NCBI GenBank assembly: GCA_965205655.1
Contig: CBDBIJ010000069.1
Location: 1 to 21,540 of the forward strand
Source: Candidatus Latescibacterota bacterium
GTDB taxonomy: Bacteria > Latescibacterota > UBA2968 > UBA8231
Direction: 5' to 3'
DNA: 21,540 bases
Shown here: in pieces, positions 18,892 through 21,540 of the stretch
How positions within the stretch are numbered: position 1 is the stretch's first letter
How the letters are laid out: each line of letters starts with the position of its first letter
Translations under genes and position numbers: made by a program
Notes under the pieces: generated by a model
Databases searched by the model: none
What the model saw: only the letters and a program-made list of their open reading frames with translations
Told to the model about the DNA's origin: nothing

Positions 18892-19578
18892 CCACCCTTC
18901 TTCTGACTCCCGAAGAGTCCGATTCTCCAGATGAGGTTTCCGTCATTTTGACGGCGCACTCGCTGAGCGATCTGCGGGCATACGCTGTGAGAATCAGCTA
19001 TAATCAAACCTCCCTCCGGCTGCACTCCGTGGAGCAGGGAAATCTGTTCGGCTCGCATCCGGCGGTATACGCCACGAACGAGGGCGGGAAGGGCGAGTTG
19101 AACCTCGGTGGGGGCCGTGATCGGTGCCGGTACGGCCGCCGGAGGTAGCGGCTTGATGGCGAGGCTCCGATTCTCCCCCATCGCAACAAACAGGGGAGGA
19201 GGTGGAGAGGCCGCGCTCGCACAGATCAGCGTCGGACGGGCTGACCTGGTGGGCGGAGGGAACAGCCACGGGACCCCGATGCTCATTCGGGCGCTGCCGG
19301 CGAAATTCTCTCTGCTTCCGAACTATCCCAATCCATTCAATCCGGCCACGGCGATCAGCCTCGCCGTGCCTGCCGCCGCGCCGGTCACCGTCGACATCTT
19401 CGACACCGCCGGTCAGCGAATTCGCACCTTGGTGCGCCGACGGCTGTCCCCGGGAATACACACGTTTGAGTGGGACGGCTTGGACGGGGTGGGCCGCTCG
19501 GTCGGGTCCGGGGTGTACTTCGTCCGCATGGCCGGGCCTGGGTTTCAGATAGCGCGGAAGATGACGCTTCTGAGGTGA
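18892..19578 (+). pseudogene. 3' segment of the interrupted secreted protein: cohesin-like domain + T9SS type A/FlgD-Ig-like C-terminal domain; frameshift in G run 19110-19114
   Basis: DLRAYAVRISYNQTSLRLHSVEQGNLF...GSGLMARLRF (cohesin-like). LPAKFSLLPNYPNPFNP...IFDTAGQRIRTLV...WDGLDGVGRSVGSGVYFVRM...KMTLLR (C-terminal sorting-domain pattern). Confidence 0.85.
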
Positions 19579-19615
19579 GAGGCGGGCTCCCGGCTCCTCC
19601 TAAGACAGGCCGATC

Positions 19616-21540
19616 GTGAAACGTGCTCTGGCCATCAGCATCCTGCTGAATCTGGGCGTCGCCCTCAGCAGTCCATTGAGCGGGCGGAGCGCTGAGATAG
19701 CTCTGGCGACGGATACTGACGAAGCAGCACTCGGCGATACTTTCGCCATCTCCCTCGACATCGATACGCGCGACCGCCGGCTGACATCGGCGGCTCTCAA
19801 CGTCACCTTCGACTCTTCAGTTTTTTCGCTCGTTCCTCACGCGGTAACCGATGAGGGTGAGCCGCAGCCATTTCAACCCGCCGTTTTCTTTCCAGGCCAG
19901 GTATACGATAACGCCGCTCATTTCGACGAGGGGGGGAAGACGCGGCTGAGCTTCGTGACCGTAACCGGACCAGCTGTCGGTGGCGAGCGCCCGGCGGTTT
20001 CGGGCGCCGGAGTCCTGGCCCGGTTCGAACTGAGGGTCACGGGCTATCCCGAATCAGGTATGAGCGCTATCCGTCTCGTCGATTCCGGCCAGGGGCCCCC
20101 AGCCTACACCGAGCTCGCCAAACCGGGAAGAGAGGCGCGCTTTCGCGTGCTCGCCGGTTCAATCGATATGGACCTGCTCAGGCAAGGGCTCATGCCAATT
20201 CCGGATGTCGAGATGACTGCAGGCGAGCGACGGGATATCCAGCTGTCGGACCATTACTTTGCCGTCGGCGACGGCGAAACACACTGGTCCGCCGACTCCT
20301 CTTCCCCGGAGATCGCCGAGGTAGCAATAGTGGGGGGGCAGCTTGGAATCATCACCAGACCGCGGAGGCCGGGGACGGCGGAGATCATCTACTCTGCGCG
20401 TCAGGATCCGGGACCGGGTCGCGGTGGGACTGATTCACCGTCACGCTCCTTCCCACGGCGGTGCTTTTTGGGCCTGGACAGCCTCGTCATCGCCGAGGAC
20501 GCAGGAGCGATCAGCCATCGGCTCGACGCCTTCCTGATGGACGGGATCCAGGCCGAGGAAGGGTGGAGCTGGAAGGTCGAGGGGAGCGAGTTTATCGCCG
20601 TGGAGATCGTCCCACCGCATCTGAGGGTTGTCGCACCGCCGCAGTGGTCAGGCCAGGATCGTTTTACTCTCACTATCAGCCACGGCAGCAACGTCCTCGA
20701 CGCACTCGATGTTCAGACAACCGTCGTGCCGGTGAATGATGCGCCGACGATCGACGAGCCGGCGGCGCTCACCGTAGCGGTGGGGGATGAGCTGGAAGGC
20801 CCCTCCCTCGAGTCATTCGTTGCCGATGTGGATCACGCCTTCCAGCTGCTGCGCATCTCCGCAAGCGGCGACGAATTCGCCGAGCCATTCTTGCTGGACG
20901 ACCGGCTATACGTGCGGGGGCGCCGAGCGGGTGCGAGCCGCATCCTCGTCGAGGCAGAAGATCCGCAGGGAGGCGTGGCGACAGGCGTCATTCACGTGAC
21001 GGTGATCGCGCCGGCCGATCTCGATTCGCCTCCTGCCGTGCCGGATGAGGATATCGGCCATGCGGAAACGGCGGGTGGAGGGGAGGACGATCCACCAGAC
21101 CCGACCCGCGACAACGAACCAGCACTCGATGAACCTCCCGCCCTGATTGAAACGGAGACGTCAGGCGACGCCGAGGAGGGCCCGATCTCGCCAGAGTCGC
21201 CGACCTCCGAAGCGCCGTCGGAGGCTGGCTCCGATGTCGCCAATACGCCCGGTGGCGTCGAAGTCGAGGAGGAACCGATGGATGGCGCGAGCGTGGCGAC
21301 CGGGGACACTCCGTCCGCTGAGGCCGGCGCCGGGCTGTCGTTGGCAGACATCCCCGAGGTCACCGTCGTAGCCGGCAGCGAAGCGAGCATGAATCTGGCC
21401 CAATATGTCGTTGAAGGTTCAGGGGTTACGTGGACGGTGTCGGAACAGGATCGGATCGAGGCCAGGCTCGGGGACGATGGACGACTCGAGCTGCGCGCAC
21501 CGCCGAGCTTCGCAGGACAAGAGGTCCTCATCCTCACTGC
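19616..21540 (+). CDS. Secreted protein (partial, runs off window): signal peptide, cohesin-like domain, cadherin-like/tandem-95 repeats, acidic Pro-rich linker
   Basis: Not in the ORF track; translated by hand from GTG 19616 (MKRALAISILLNLGVALSSPL...) with no stop found. GDTFAISLDID...LTSAALNVTFDSSVFSLV...PQPF...SGAGVLARFEL (cohesin-like); VVPVNDAP...FVADVD (cadherin-like). Confidence 0.85.
   Translation, partial: MKRALAISILLNLGVALSSPLSGRSAEIALATDTDEAALGDTFAISLDIDTRDRRLTSAALNVTFDSSVFSLVPHAVTDEGEPQPFQPAVFFPGQVYDNAAHFDEGGKTRLSFVTVTGPAVGGERPAVSGAGVLARFELRVTGYPESGMSAIRLVDSGQGPPAYTELAKPGREARFRVLAGSIDMDLLRQGLMPIPDVEMTAGERRDIQLSDHYFAVGDGETHWSADSSSPEIAEVAIVGGQLGIITRPRRPGTAEIIYSARQDPGPGRGGTDSPSRSFPRRCFLGLDSLVIAEDAGAISHRLDAFLMDGIQAEEGWSWKVEGSEFIAVEIVPPHLRVVAPPQWSGQDRFTLTISHGSNVLDALDVQTTVVPVNDAPTIDEPAALTVAVGDELEGPSLESFVADVDHAFQLLRISASGDEFAEPFLLDDRLYVRGRRAGASRILVEAEDPQGGVATGVIHVTVIAPADLDSPPAVPDEDIGHAETAGGGEDDPPDPTRDNEPALDEPPALIETETSGDAEEGPISPESPTSEAPSEAGSDVANTPGGVEVEEEPMDGASVATGDTPSAEAGAGLSLADIPEVTVVAGSEASMNLAQYVVEGSGVTWTVSEQDRIEARLGDDGRLELRAPPSFAGQEVLILT

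Overview
GC-rich bacterial DNA. The dockerin/cohesin-like and T9SS-type/FlgD-Ig C-terminal domains suggest an FCB-group organism such as Ca. Latescibacterota (inference only). Left part (minus strand, operon-like): a structured leader with a short upstream ORF and terminator, a cysQ-like phosphatase, polX (PolX-PHP), an H-NOX haem gas sensor and its PAS-PAS-HisKA kinase. The kinase is cut off and joined abruptly to the C-terminal half of a FapA/DUF342 gene, followed by a REC-HDOD protein whose phospho-acceptor Asp is replaced by Asn. Right part: three large secreted proteins. One has an NHL propeller, cadherin-like repeats and a dockerin-like domain. One has Ig-like repeats, cohesin-like, dockerin-like and cohesin-like domains and a T9SS-type tail. 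One has a cohesin-like domain and cadherin-like repeats. This locus carries three IS elements with intact ends and target duplications (IS630, IS1380, IS30). About a dozen 1-2 nt indels, many in homopolymers, suggest an error-prone consensus, so most frameshifts are probably artefacts.
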